DNA of 64,000 nt from Bugula neritina (taxonomy: Eukaryota; Animalia; Bryozoa): positions 24,358,126 to 24,422,125 of the forward strand of contig OZ037766.1 of assembly GCA_964035545.1 (NCBI GenBank), given 5' to 3'. The notes below the pieces were generated by a model, which was given only the letters and a program-made list of their open reading frames with translations, did no database searches and was not told where the DNA came from. Made by a program: the position numbers and the translations under genes. Each line of letters begins with the position of its first letter. Within the stretch, counting starts at the first letter, position 1. Of this stretch, positions 23,487-37,986 are shown piece after piece.

Positions 23487-26400
23487 CTAGTTTCTGAATG
23501 AGGTACAACTGTCATTGGAGTATGTCATAGTTGACCCTTGACACCCCAGCTTCGCCAAAACTTCAGGGGCAGCGGCATCGCGTAGTATTTTGTTTTCTTG
23601 CTCTAAAATCAGATTGTGAGTTTGGAGTTGTGCCACTTGCAACTTGAGTTCCTTCACTTCTTTACGAACTGTACAGAGTAACTCCATTTTCACGGAATCC
23701 TGCCAACAAATAAATAATTTGTTAAATATTTTTATAAATAATTTACTAAAAATAAGCAAATTATAGAAAGGTGTGGTGTGTTGAAAGAAATAAAAATTTA
23801 ATAATTAAAACATATCTTTTTCTACTTCAACTGGAGAATGTTGATTGTTTCAAGGTGGGCGGGGTTTGCTTGTCACCAACCAACGCCTCTGTTGGGAATG
23901 CTATGTCTGATGTCATTAAGAGATGCACAATAATGGCAGTGCCTAACCACCCATTCTACATTCATGTGGTAACAATCTGTGAAATAGCTTCACTGTTACT
24001 GCGTATCCTTAAACCCTTGCATGCAGTATAATCATACCAGCAGTGCTAGATGGGGTGCCACTAGTGACTAGGGCATATAGTGGTCACCATATTTCTTCAG
24101 CTTAATTCAGCACCACAATTTGAAAATTGAAGCAGTGCAATGGGCTATAAGTTTGAAATGGTTTGAAGATGGAATAATGGACAACACAAGTAAATACAAA
24201 GAAAGCCACACTAAAGTTGTTGAAGAGCAATAAGTGTGAGGAGTTGTCAGCACTGATGATGAAACTTTAAGAATTATATCATACAATATTAATGTATTAT
24301 TAATATTGTACAATATAAAAAAAATCATTCCATGAGGGGTTCTTACGGATGGTGACTATAAACCCATGCAGGTTTTATCTAGTATTACTGCATAGGAGTA
24401 AACAATTTAATAATACAACTTTTGTATGGTTTCTTGAGCTATGAAATATTTTGACTTACCATTGCTTGTGCAATTTTGCAATCTATGCCATCCAATCGTT
24501 GCCAGGATTGTGAATGAGACCTGAAAGAAAATAAAGTGTACTTGTAGCATTACAAACCATTGCTGAATGAAACAGGAATTTGGCATAAGGAGACAAGGCC
24601 ACTTGAAATTGTGAATAAAAAAGTTAAATTTTTAGCCTAATATTCGAATAGCTTGAGTGGAAATCCACCTGCTTTAATTCACAACTACCTTTCAAATTGG
24701 TAGTGTTTGGAAGCTAAGCTTTCAGGAATAACATACTTCTTGTATTAAACTAACCAGGACATAGGGTAAAGATTGCTGAGAACTTGAGAGTATTTGGGAT
24801 ATTCTGCTGGAAAGTTGTAGATGTAAACAAGCTTAGTGGTTACTTTGACATACATTTAATAAATAGCCTGTCCTGGTAACCAACTTGACTCTCATTAAGT
24901 TTACCAGTTTTAATCAAATTAAGAGAAGTTAATCTTTCATTCTCGGAATTCCACGAACTCAAAACACAACTGCCACTGTAACAGGACAGTAGTGATTCTA
25001 TCACTGAGCAGGAAATCCCACGCTTCAGGAAAATTTCTTATTGCAACATATTTGCTGGACATTGGAACTGTTGATAGAGATAATATTAGCAATTGACACA
25101 AAACACCTTTAATGGCATTTTTTGAGTCATGATATTGATTCAGCAAGTAAGTTAGTGCAATCACATATGTTTATAATGAAACTGCCTCAGAGAAGGAACT
25201 TAATGAGAAATTGACTAGTCTACCCAAACACTGCAGAAAGTAAAGTCCATAATGTCATTCCAGAGCTATAGAAACACACCCTATTCTGATTCTCTACAGT
25301 CGATGATATAATATAATATAATATATTGAAGCGATAAGTCTGTTAAACTAGTGAAGAGCTAGTGCATTATGGGAAATATAAGATGGCTAGGAACAATGAA
25401 AATAAAAGTAGCAAGGGTAGAAATATAGTGGTGGTGGTGGTTGTAGTAGTAGTAAATTTTGTATTCATTAATAGCGGCAGTAGTCAGACAAAACTTCAAC
25501 TAAGATATAGTAAAATAATAATAGTAGTGGTAGAAAGGATAGTATTAAAGTATGTAATGCAACCAGTTAAGTTACACACAGTTGAAAGTGGCAGCTAAGT
25601 TACATACATTTATAAGTTGGTTATTGCTCATAACTTTTGTAATCGAATAAAGTCCCAAACCAAAGTCATTGCATCAGTATTCAAAATGAAACTACTGAAT
25701 TTGCACTTTACCCTATCACTACTGCTACTGATGCTACTTCACTTCAAATGACCACATTGCCACAGTTGTGCAATTATTTCGGATGCTTAGTTATTTTTGC
25801 TATTGAATTATAATTCAGATTGGCACTAGTCAACTTTAAAATGGTTAGGGTTTATTATTAACTTGCTTGACCAACTTTTCAATGGAGTCAGTTTTAGAAT
25901 TTGGCAACGGCGCAATAGCATTCAACTTGTTGATAACTAATTCGTTTGAACAAAGTCATTACAACATTCATCCACTATTATGTATTCTATTTTAATTTGC
26001 ATTACCTAGTTCCATTTCTACCCGAAATAAAGTACTGGGACAAGCTGAAAATCTTATTGCTAAATTTCTAATCTCTGATCTTATTAAGTGCCTAGTAAAG
26101 GCTGCAAGATTAGCCGCCTGTTTTGATCAAAAGTAGGAGTAAACACAGCTTAAACCAGTGTTGCAATATTGACTTAAGGCACTGCATAGTTCAAAATACA
26201 GCAAGTCCGACCCATTCTACCACCCTCAATTCGCAACAAGATTATACATGGATCATAGGCTAACAGAAGGAATAAAGTGATGAACTTAGAGAACTGCAAA
26301 TAAACAATGAAAGCTCCATTTTTGAAGATAACAAACAGGTTAGTCATGGGCGACCCTGGATAAGAGGTGAACAAACATAGCACTGCGTGCCATCACAACA

Positions 26401-28022
26401 ACCAGCAAGGTGAATGCCTTTAGCACCACTCATACGTACAGCTGCACCCACAGTCACTCGCCAGCAGCGTGATAGTCAGCCGTTTTACAACCACACCTAG
26501 TTTACTCATCTATTATATAATAACTGCTTTAACTCCTGTTTGCTACTAATATGTTGCTCATTAATTTATTTGTTGCAAATGAACTTAGATAACACTGACT
26601 GTGCAGTGTGCAGCTACAGGGGGTGCTGCTACAAGGGGTGCGGCTACAGGGGGTGCTTAAGATTATTCTGTACAGTTGCAGATTAAAAATAGAGCATATA
26701 ACTATAGATAAAAATAAACTGCTTTTATCAAAATGAATTCACTGTCAACAAACTTAATGTTTACCACTCAGTAACAAACAAACCACTGTGAATGTTTTCA
26801 CTGCAATACGTTAAGATAGTATGTTTACTACACTGGCCGTAGTAAACAAGCATCACCTTTAGGTTTGTGAAGGATTATTTATAGATATATGTTCACTGTC
26901 ACGCTCTAGTTAACTCAACCACTAAATCCACTGAATGGGAAGAATTAATTAAATCTTAACCACACGCCTGGTACATCAAGTACAGTATATACTGAATGTT
27001 TGGTTACCCACACCTACGCCATCTTTATTATTATTAGAATGAGTTACTTTCACAACAAATCAACAGCTGACAAGAAAATCAACCATCAACTTGAAATTCG
27101 ACCAAATTATTCCAATATTTTGAGTTACAGCCTTTCAACTAACTATTCTATTTACTATTAAACAAAACTTGTCTACATACTAGGAACTATATTGCTATGG
27201 AACACAAAAACAGTCATTTATTATTGGAACACTCCATACACAATACACTTCCAGTAATAAAACTTCACCAAAATTTCCAGTTACTCCAAATAAAGCTCAT
27301 AGAAAACAACTTTATAGAAAGTAGACTGAGATACATAATAAACTAGGGAAGTAAATTACCAAAAATCCCTGTTTAAAATGTCATTAAGAAGCAGAAGGTC
27401 TTAGTCTAATTATAAATGCTGCCATAACAGAAACAGAGCAGCAGTGGCAGCTATCTAAGTTGTCTAAACTACTGCAGCAAATGCGGTGAGATTTAGGAAG
27501 CTGTGTAATTGGGTTAGTAATTACATTATGTAATGCCTACGCAGGCAGCACAACCAGGCAGCATGTTTGCACTGAACATAGAGTTCAAGGTACTTGTAAG
27601 GTGTGTAGTGGAATGTATTAGGGAAGCTGCATTTACATATCCCAGCTACAAGCTGCAAAACCCATCACACATTGACTATCATTATTAGAATTACTGTTAT
27701 TCAGGTTGAATTCTATAACACAATGCCATACTGCATCAGTGGGGAGATAATTCACTGGTTAACTTACTGAGTCATTTCTTCTACTTAGAGAACCAGGATG
27801 TAGTGATGGTGGTTGAATGCAACTAAATTAAGTAACAACTTCATAGCAACTGAAAACTGAACAGCAAACAGTAACTGCCTTCAGATTACACAAAATGGAA
27901 CTGCTGAAACTTTAGAGAGAAGCCATCAATACTGATATGCAACAAGTTGTACACTTCTTAGTCAAAAAACTGAGTGATACAATAGGAAGCAGGTCCTGAT
28001 TGAAGGACACACAGACAGCTGG

Positions 28023-28058
<36 letters not shown>

Positions 28059-30677
28059 TGCTGCTGTTGGTCACACCACGAGCTTGTCACAAAGAATATG
28101 TTACAATCAAACTGATGCTTGCAATGAAAACAGGTTTTCTCTGCTATTCAAAGTTCATCATTGCAAGGCTACAGAAGGCCTGCTAAAGCTGGTAGTCAGC
28201 AGTGGTGTGGGCTCAAATAACAGAATAGAAAAACAACAACTAAAAACAAAGCTGGGGTGAGTAAGTAAAACATGGCTGCAAAGACAAGATGATGGGCGAA
28301 CAGAAAAGTTCTGAGGAGCAATTAAACTTTTCTTTGCATATTCTAGGACAAGTTATGATGTCATTAGTAAGATATCAACGGCTACTTGATGCAGCAACAA
28401 GCAAATGGAGAGATATGACAAGATGGTGCAAGTGGTTGATCTGGAGGTGGGCTGTCATATAGGTACTGTATGAGATAACTGCATGTAACATGAGGGTACT
28501 TGTCAATGATTGCTGAAGTTAATGACATGGGCTGTGAGTGTGAATGCAACAGGTGACAGTATGTGACACTTGTATGCAGGTTCTCTACGCTCCATTAAAT
28601 GGCTACAGGGCACCTGAACCAAGCAACTGTCTTGCTAATCACTAACAGATGTGGTAAATCAGCTCCACCTTGTCTCTTCTCTTGACACAGCCGACATATT
28701 GAATTCTTTTAAAGCCTCAAAGCAGTAAAACAATTAAAATTAAATGTATTTGAAAAGCGGAAATTTCCACTCTATGCAAAGGAATTGGCAAATAGCCAAC
28801 ACCATCTACCACTTTTTATAATATTCCAGGGTTGTAGGTTGCCTTCACATATGAAAATTCGAATTTATCTGTTGGAAAGTTGTCAATAGACATTTACCTT
28901 ATCTAGATAAACGTGCCAATGGCTAGTTGACAACATTCTGAAAGCACAACAAAATCTATTTATACCAGTAAAGCAGACGATAACTTGGGCTATCACCAAC
29001 TATCACCAACACGCCTATCAGCTATAACTATCTCTACTTGAGTACTCAATGATATATGACCAGGATGTGTTGAGAGGAATAAAATAATTACAGGATTACA
29101 TAGCAGTGCTATATCTACATTACCTACTGACAACGCAAAAAACAACTAAACCAGGCAACGATATGCAAATGTTGTGGCCAAATCGACATTCAATAATAGA
29201 GAAACTTTTTCAGAATTTGCTGTTGCTTTGTTATTATTTGTTACACAATTTTAGGGTCGTAATGAGAACATAATTCACATACGGCTAGAGATTATTAGAG
29301 TATTTACTAAGACATGTGCATTTTAGTCATACTGGTAATAGTTTAACCCGGAAAATTATATACAGCCTTAATCCAATGTACAGTTAACACTCTACATCTT
29401 TTCAGGTCAAATACTGCAGAGTTGACGTTTGCTCTTATATAGCAGTTCATACTCAGAGAGTTTTTGTCATGGAATTGATAATGTTTTGTCAACTTCATCA
29501 TAGTTACTATGTAGACATTATCACCACTTCAATGCCTGTTCACTGACAAGCCTATTAGTAAGTATTCATATTGAATATCTGAGAAAGGGGGAAGTCAGAT
29601 GCACAATCCCGCAGACTAATACACTCAATAATACAGCATGAGAAAACGCCAATCATGGCACTTGATAGAGAACATGCAATGCCTAATCCTAGTGACTAAA
29701 ACCATAGTAAGCTAATCTTCTATAAGCCTACCCTAGCAATCAATATGAATATCATTATGATTAGTTACAGTCACATGCAACATGCAACATCTTCGTTTAA
29801 ATATCAGGTACAAAGTTAGACAAAAGGCAGATTATGTTTTCTAATTTTACTGGCTATAGATTTACTAAGTAATAGACAATAGTAATACTAATACTGCAGC
29901 TGTTATATTAATTTTAATTATAAATCAATAAACAGGCAATCCGATAGTTGGGTATAGACTGTTACTAAAAAGTTAATAAAACTATCAAATATTGAAACAA
30001 GCATGAGCATCTCATTGTCAATTTTTATAAATAATTGTATTAATTATAAAATAAATAAAAGGATGGCTATCACTACTTGTCATCTAGAAATCGATAAGGA
30101 TGAAGATATTTATAGCTATATTGACATGCAGCATTACTAATAGTGCTTTGTCTACCTATATTAAGTGCTAACCTTCAACTCCAGTGGCTTAAACATAAAT
30201 TATATATTTAACAATAGATTATAATTATTAGAAATTTAATATTGCATTAAATAACATAGTAACTCACGGCAATAAGGGTGTAATTGAAGTGACTTGTACT
30301 TCAACTAGATGACTCTCACTTTGAGTTAGACTTTCTTTTGATAAAGGTGGTAGTTTAGAACCTGAACTAGGTGTGGTTGAGTTAAGTTGCGATTGGTATA
30401 ACTGAGACTGATGGTCAGATTGTGACCTTGATTGCAGAGTTTTAACTTTAGCCACAGACTTCTGCTGTGTTTTGAGCACGCTGTTCAAGATAACTAGAAG
30501 AGTGTCATTGTCCAAAAAGTTCCCAGATTGGGACTGTAACTTTTGTGAACGTTGTTTATTGTTATTGCCGGTAATCTTTGAACCAACCATGTTGGTGCAA
30601 CTGAAATTGTTGTTCTTGTCTTCGGATGGTATTACTTGATATGGTAGATTGGTGTGAAGTCGTTCAAGGCTAAGCAT
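23487..30677 (-). CDS. TSC22D: TSC22/DIP/bunched family leucine-zipper protein (divergent TSC box), long isoform ~227 aa
   Basis: Exons 30677-30268, 24520-24460, 23699-23487. The spliced GIDCKIAQAM|DSVKMELLCTVRKEVKELKLQVAQLQTHNLILEQENKILR aligns to the TSC box plus zipper (IDNKIEQAMDLVKSHLM.AVREEVEVLK...LEQEN). Exon 1 ends CC|gtgagt in the required phase 2 and contains QVTSITP, similar to the QITSVTP motif of long TSC22D isoforms. The last two exons are secure; exon 1 is inferred. The symbol is family-level only. Confidence 0.85.
26613..26657. repeat. 15-bp G-rich tandem repeat (3 copies) in the TSC22 intron
   Basis: GCTACAGGGGGTGCT / GCTACAAGGGGTGCG / GCTACAGGGGGTGCT. Confidence 0.85.
28023..28068. 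repeat. (CTG/CAG)n trinucleotide repeat
   Basis: TGCTGCTGC run with occasional TGT interruptions. Confidence 0.9.
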
Positions 30678-30768
30678 TATAAACACAGCTTCACAAGAAA
30701 AAAGTCAACGAATAAATGTTTAGCACCCTCTCTATTGATCAGCTGATATATTAGTATGTGCACTCAGT

Positions 30769-30852
30769 GGCGCGTGGCCGTTATATTGTGTTGCAAGATT
30801 TAAACATTGTCCAATCAAAGGGCGGTGAATTATTTTTATGTAATATTATTGG
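30769..30852 (-). promoter_or_regulatory. Candidate promoter of the TSC22 long isoform (CCAAT and GC boxes)
   Basis: CCAATC 30811-30816, GGGCGG 30820-30825 and ATTGG 30848-30852, with a local CpG cluster, 100-170 nt upstream of the ATG at 30677. Confidence 0.5.
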
Positions 30853-33800
30853 CTAGCAAGGATGATAAATGAAAAGAGCGCGTTTTATTAATACTAAAAA
30901 AAAATCAGGCTACCAAATATTATGAAAATGCTTTTATTAATTTTTTTACTTGTAATGGAACTCCTTTTTATTTAAAGCACATTGTTATTATATGAATATA
31001 TGTGTTTGTGTTTGTGATTTATAAAGCGACAAAATTATAGTCTATTTTATTGAATTTAACAAAATTTATAATAATTGAACATTGTAAATACAAGAAGTAA
31101 ATATACTATACATAGTGTGTTCATATATTCATATATTTGACATGCCAAACTTTTTGCATTGTTTATTATAATTTTATGTTTTTAAGTGCATGAGCCTTAA
31201 AGCTTGCATACCGATTAAAAGTATATTTTAATAATATGATGTGCATGTATACGTATTTATCTGTAAGGAAACTGAAATTTATATGAAAAATCTATAATTC
31301 TTATGCTATATTATTAAGATATTTAGTATCATAGCATTAAGCAGTGTATATATATTATATAATTCATGTGGAGAGATAATACTGCTGAAAAAATGCTTTT
31401 CATTTCCTATAAATATATTATCAAGGAGTAACTGGTGCCGATGATTAATTAAAGATTATTAAAGTTTGAGATGTTAGGGAAGTTTTTACAAGGTGCATTT
31501 ATACTTCTCAACTATAGGCTAACAGCGTATATTAACCCTGAAAATTAGTATCTTGATTAATGCTTTTAAAATTGTAATAGAAGAACTGTAGATGTTTAAT
31601 ATGAATTATTTACCCAGCCATGTTAAATCTGCCTGATTACATAATTCTAATTGATACTGTAACTATAATTTCATGAGAATTTGTTTAATTGAATACAGCA
31701 GAATAATGCCAATAGCCGCTAATCAGCTTGTAATACTAGAGTACTTATTTCTACTAATAGTTTATGATGTCTGAATTCAGCAATCTTGTGAACTGTACAA
31801 CAAACAAACAAAAGCGTGAGTCTTTTCTAACAAGCTAGTGTTTTTCAGCACCACTACGAATCATTATTTTGCACATTTTTAAGATAATTTGAATATGAAA
31901 ATAGTTAGTATGATGTTACTCAAACCTACAGATATATACAAATGTCCAGCTTTATTTTATAATAATGGTTTGGTATTTAAAAAACAATTCTTTTTATGAC
32001 ATATTGTTAAACAATGTAGCATTACTGTAGTGAATCCCCCACCTTCTTCTCGTGTAATATAGTAGCTCGCATTACTAGTAGTGAGTCAACTTATAATGGT
32101 CCTAGCTTCAGCTTTAACAATTTGTTTCAGCCTTTCAAACATGAAGTGTTGATGAATATATTTTATATAAGTGTGTTGTGGGTCTCTAGTCTATATTTCT
32201 AGCCATACACCTCAGCTACTGCTATAATATTACACGATGAGATAGTATTGTTCTGCAATCAAGTATGTGGCAACGAATCTTTTAAATTGCCAACAACCAA
32301 TTATTAAGTGAGTTACAAGCGTATAGGATATGTGAGACTATAATATACAATGGCAGTTACACGTGTGTCCATTAGCAGAGCTTGACTGAATTAGCAAAAG
32401 TTTTAAAAAATCCCTGACATATGTTATTTGTGCAGTATCAAAATACTTCGATCAGAAATATCAAAACATTTTTGCACAAAATTTATTATAAAATAAAACT
32501 GTTTCTTTACATGATAGCTACAATATTATATGTATGGATGTTGTAATACTGTATAAAGATGAGGTGTGTCAGGGAATTCTTTAAGCAAATAGTTTTTGTC
32601 TTAGATTTTCCTTTTGGTCGTTCATTTTATTTATATGTTTGTATTTGGGTGCATATTTGTGTTTGTGTGGGTGTAGTACACAAAGTAATGCTTGTTTGTG
32701 TGTGGTATAAAACCAGAGTAATCTGTTTTTACCAACCATGCATGAAGTTTCTACTTTAAATAGCTGAGCAACTTTTGAAACATCACATCTATATATAACA
32801 ATGGAATCACACCCTGTGAGTAGAACACTATTTTTACACATAGAAGTAATAATAAAGCCTTCAAATTTATGGTAAACAGTTTTGACGTATGTATACGTTT
32901 ACTAAGTTTTATCGTATAAATAATGAAAGCTAGTAGTTAAAATTATCTCAATTCATGATTTTCTGAACTACTACTTTGCATACAAAACATATTTAATATT
33001 TTGATAGCTGCTATATTGAGCAGATCCAAATCATTTTTCTTATATTAATTTTAAAATTCTACTAGCCACTAAAATACTACTTTTGACTTCAAAGACTAGC
33101 TTAGCATAAAAATTTAATTTCCAGCTTATTTTGTTAAATTAAATAGCTGATAGAAAGCAGCTTTTTAAAAAAAGACTAGCTTACAATATATTTACAGTAA
33201 TCTGTTTTATATAAATGCTTTTAGTAATATAACTTTTAGCCGAATAAATAGTAATATCTGAATAATAACAACATAATAATACTGTATGCTAAAGCAGCTA
33301 ATCTATATATTATTCAGTTTTTTACTGGATAATCGGCTAAATGAGACAAAAAATTTGTATTAATATATAAGTATATATCATATAATATATTATACAATGC
33401 ACTGAAGCCCTAAAATACGTCCTTCTACAGTCCTTATTATTCAGACTGTTTTTGTTGAATTAAATTAGTTAGGCCTGTTCTATATTAATACTGCATTATG
33501 TTAAACATATAGATAGAAGTTCACATGAATGAGCTGCAGATGTATATTATGATGCAAAAGGTCATATCCACAGTTAGGCAATCACAATGGTACATTGTTT
33601 TGGTTAAATATGCAAAATATAATACATTTACATAATTGTGTAAACAAATAAATCTACTGATAAACTGCACTCATGATTCACATGTGCCTTACTAATCATT
33701 GTTATGATGAATGCAGGTGCAGTACAGCTATCAATATGTACAAGCAGCAATTTAATGCTTCATCCAACCAAAACTTTTCATTGCAGGTTTATTCAGAACG

Positions 33801-35032
33801 GACTGATGACACATTAGCTTGAATATGGGGGTAAATAATTACATGTGTAGGGTATTGCAATTGAATTATGAGACATCAAATATCTTTCATGCAAAATAAC
33901 CAAGCTGCACTTAGAGTTATGTTACATAGTAATATTACTATTTATAGTAACATTAACAAAGAAAAAGAAGGGCAATGTAAATTAAAGCACTGTTCTGTTT
34001 TGTATACTACTGATGACTTGCAGTCATGGTGGAGTAAAATAAATTGTTGAAACTACAGCTATGGTTATCTGGACCTAAATTACAGATGATGAACACAAAA
34101 AATCATCAGATCTCTGAATATATATTGTTGCTGTTAAATGGGTGTTTACTTCTTTGACTTGCATCCCTTCACTGTAATTATTTGAGCATAATATGAGCTC
34201 ATTACATTTATGGATGACTCAAAGGAACTACTAACTCCCACACGAATCTCACACACACCACAGGATATCTTTCTCAAGCTTTAAACAAAAGGTGCCTCCT
34301 CATCAAATTCCTGCCAATATGACGACATTACATGCTTTTAGCCAGCACCAAACCAAAACTGATGTTATTTAAGAAAACTGATTGTATTCATCCTGAAAGC
34401 TGTTCCTTGGTGCTATCATAAAATATGTAGATATACTATCACCTGGTTAAGTAGCTACAATAGCTTTAGCTATTATCTGATGGGTTCAAATCAGGTTTAA
34501 GAGAGATAAGCAAAACTTCATAACAGACGGGCATGTGAAAGGAGGGCACACGTCTAGTAGGTAGATGGGATATAAATAAGGTATGACTGGGCTGAATGTT
34601 TCCATACACTAGTGAGAAGTGAAAAGCTGCATTTGACTAAAATTGCAACAAATCAGTGAAAAAAACTAAAATAAAACTTAGAAGTTATATATGTATATAT
34701 GGGAAGACAAATTTATTTTACTAAAATAATTTAGTTGAAATTAAAACAACTTGAACAAATTTAACATTTCCTATAATAGTACAAGACTTAAACTGGCAAT
34801 AATTAAAAGCTCGGAACTAAAGAAAATAATAAAAATTAAAACTAGATAACCACAAACGACTAAAAAATTCAGTTAAACATATCATATTCTATATCATGCT
34901 TGAAACTCCTAAAAAATACAACCAGGGCTTAAATAATAATACACAATTGGTAATTTCTATTAACGGCTGGAACTTCAGTAGATGGCAGAAAGACAGGATG
35001 GGGGGGGGGCATTAGCAGCCCGCTGTATATAT

Positions 35033-37690
35033 TCAGAGTATTTCCAGATCAACATGTCTGACTTGAGGGTTCGTCTCCTATAAAAACAATCAGACTGCCC
35101 TTACTGAAAGAATACAAGTTGAAGAAAGCAAAGTTGTCTTCTCTTTTTACATGAAAAGACTGAAAGTACAATATCTCATGCAGTCAGAGAGACATTCTAA
35201 AGTTTCAGTAAATAACATAACACAAGAAATACTGCAACAAATTCATTGTTCACATATCAGTAAATATCTTAGATTGAAATAATTTATCAATTTAACAGCA
35301 TTTCTTTATTTGCATTCCTATAAAATTATTTATTGTAAATGTTCTGAAAAATGTACACAAAAATATAACCATCTAAAACAGGACGCATTTTTACCAATAG
35401 AAATGCCTCTTTTATGACCTCAAGCAACTCATTGCTTCAGCCGAACAACCTTTCGAGTTATTTTCAATGAATATGTTTCAACCCTGATCTAACTGTAACA
35501 AACTGTCAGCCACAGCGAGTTTCTCTACAAACACTCTTTGAATCATAAATACAAAATGAATACTTAAATTTATAGCAATCCAAACCCATAACTAAGTTTT
35601 ACAGTTATTCTATAAGCATCACAATTATTTTGGAACTTGAGATGAGTGTACAGCTTATTACTCTAGGCTACCTTGAGTACTCTTTCAACCCGGTCTATTT
35701 CCCCACCAATGAGCTCTACAATCTTTTCACCGTGGTGTAAAAGAAACACCTCAACCTCTTCAGGCGTCTCTAAAGTTTTCATCTCCTAAAATTAAGCAGA
35801 GAAACCCATGAAGAAAGTATATGTGTACAACTTGTTGGGGGGAACCTTAAATAGTGTCCAAATAATAGACTGAGCTTGTTCTCTACAGCGCAATGAGAGC
35901 AGAGATAGAAGAACGGCTGTAGAGCTCAATCAACTAGTTCAAACTACACCTTTACATGACTCCATTACCAATTTATTGCGTTGTTGTATCACCATAACGC
36001 TATATCATTACTTCTAGACTATTATATATACAATGCTACACCGTGCCATGCAGAATAAACTCAACAGAGATGGTTGCCCAAACTAAAATCTAGTTCGAAT
36101 AATATAAACCATAAATAATAATATTGGAACCGAAACTAGTATATATCATTGCCAAGTGCTATGTCAACTGATGCGTATGCACATTATACATATTACAACA
36201 TAGGAAATGGTCACTACTGCAAGCATAATATTATACACTGCTTGTGCATTATTCTCATCATGACCATAGTAGGTATATCTATATTAACCTATATTAACAG
36301 CATTATATATGATATTGTATATAATATTAGAAATAGGATAATATAGTCATATAGGGGTAGATAATATAGTCATATGAGGTAGATAATATAGTCATATGAG
36401 GTAGATAGTATAGTTATTTGAGGTAGATAATATAGTCATATGTGGTAGATAATATAGTCATATGAGGTAGATAATATAGTCATATGAGGGTAGATAATAT
36501 AGTCATATGAGGTAGATAATATAGTCATATGAGGTAGATAGTATAGTTATTTGAGGTAGATAATATAGTCATATGTGGTAGATAATATAGTCATATGAGG
36601 GTAGCTGGAGAGCTGTCAGGGGTCCAACCTGTAACAGCTCGTTCAGGTTCAACTCATCCAGGTATTTCTTGGTGAGCAGACGTCCATCTATGTCTACTTC
36701 TGCTTTGAATCTAAACAACAGATATATTAAACCTTGTTGAATGAAAAAAAAACAATAAGTTATAAACAAAATACAATCCAACAAATAATGACTGATTTAA
36801 ATATGCTAAATAAAAGAAGTAAAAAATTGAAGTGACCTATAATTACATGTACATAGTACATACAAATCTCAAAGACTGATAGGCTTTGTAAGACCGAATA
36901 TATGTAAACCAAGTACTCTATATTTCAACATACAATATGCAAGACTAAATTATCTAGTGAGTATATTATATAGTGTAGACTGTGTACTTTATGAGATTGG
37001 ATCCCATGTCGGTGGCTTTGATATCATGCACCGATCTGATCATCATATCTGCCTCCAAGGCTACCATCAACTCTTTCTTGTTTGTCTCAGGAATAGATCT
37101 ACAGATCAACACACAAAAATTGTATGATATTATAAATTTAGGCGTCAAGTATTAAACATTTTTACTTGTTGTTCATCAAAATCCTGCTATAAACATATCT
37201 AAGTAGAGACCATCTATCTGTAGAACCAGGTTTCTAGCAAACATTTTCCTTATTACAGGGTTGCCTAGACAAGAGCCCGCTGTAGCACCTGAGTTCTGTG
37301 TGGAATATGTACTGAACTCATAACCAACAGTAGATTACAGCACGAAATACTAGATATTAGAACGGCCGGTGTCAAGTCACACTACACTCACCTGCCTAGC
37401 AAAGCATTGCTGTTTGTCTTTATAATAAACAGAGAGACTCCAGCGAGAATGCTGCCAACTACCAAACTCCCGACAGCATCTGGTATGTGATTAGACATCA
37501 CATGACTTAGTGTCATACAAGTGCCAGCAATAGCCACGCCTCCCACTGCTGCCAGGTCCTCCAATAGAACGACATTCACACTAGGATCCGTTCCCCTTGA
37601 AACTTTAAACATAAATAAGTGCTTGTTAAGCAGTGATGGCAGCTTTAGTAGCAGTAGCAGCAGCAGCAGCAGTAGTAGTAGTTGTAGTAA

Positions 37691-37788
<98 letters not shown>

Positions 37789-37807
37789 ATAGTAGTAGTA
37801 GTAGTAC

Positions 37808-37848
<41 letters not shown>

Positions 37849-37900
37849 ATAGTACTAGTAACAGTAGTAGTACTAGTAGTAATAGTAGTACTAGTAGTAA

Positions 37901-37950
<50 letters not shown>

Positions 37951-37951
37951 A

Positions 37952-37986
<35 letters not shown>

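Noticed and set aside
22271-23487. Overlapping 3' UTRs of convergent COG6 and TSC22 genes
   Set aside because: Candidate poly(A) signals (22726 on +, 23082-23077 on -) leave a gap, so overlap is not supported without transcript data.
28000-28260. Poly-Ala ORF (+) or poly-Gln exon of TSC22 (-)
   Set aside because: I found no long minus-strand ORF or convincing splice sites around the repeat, so it is treated as a non-coding trinucleotide repeat.
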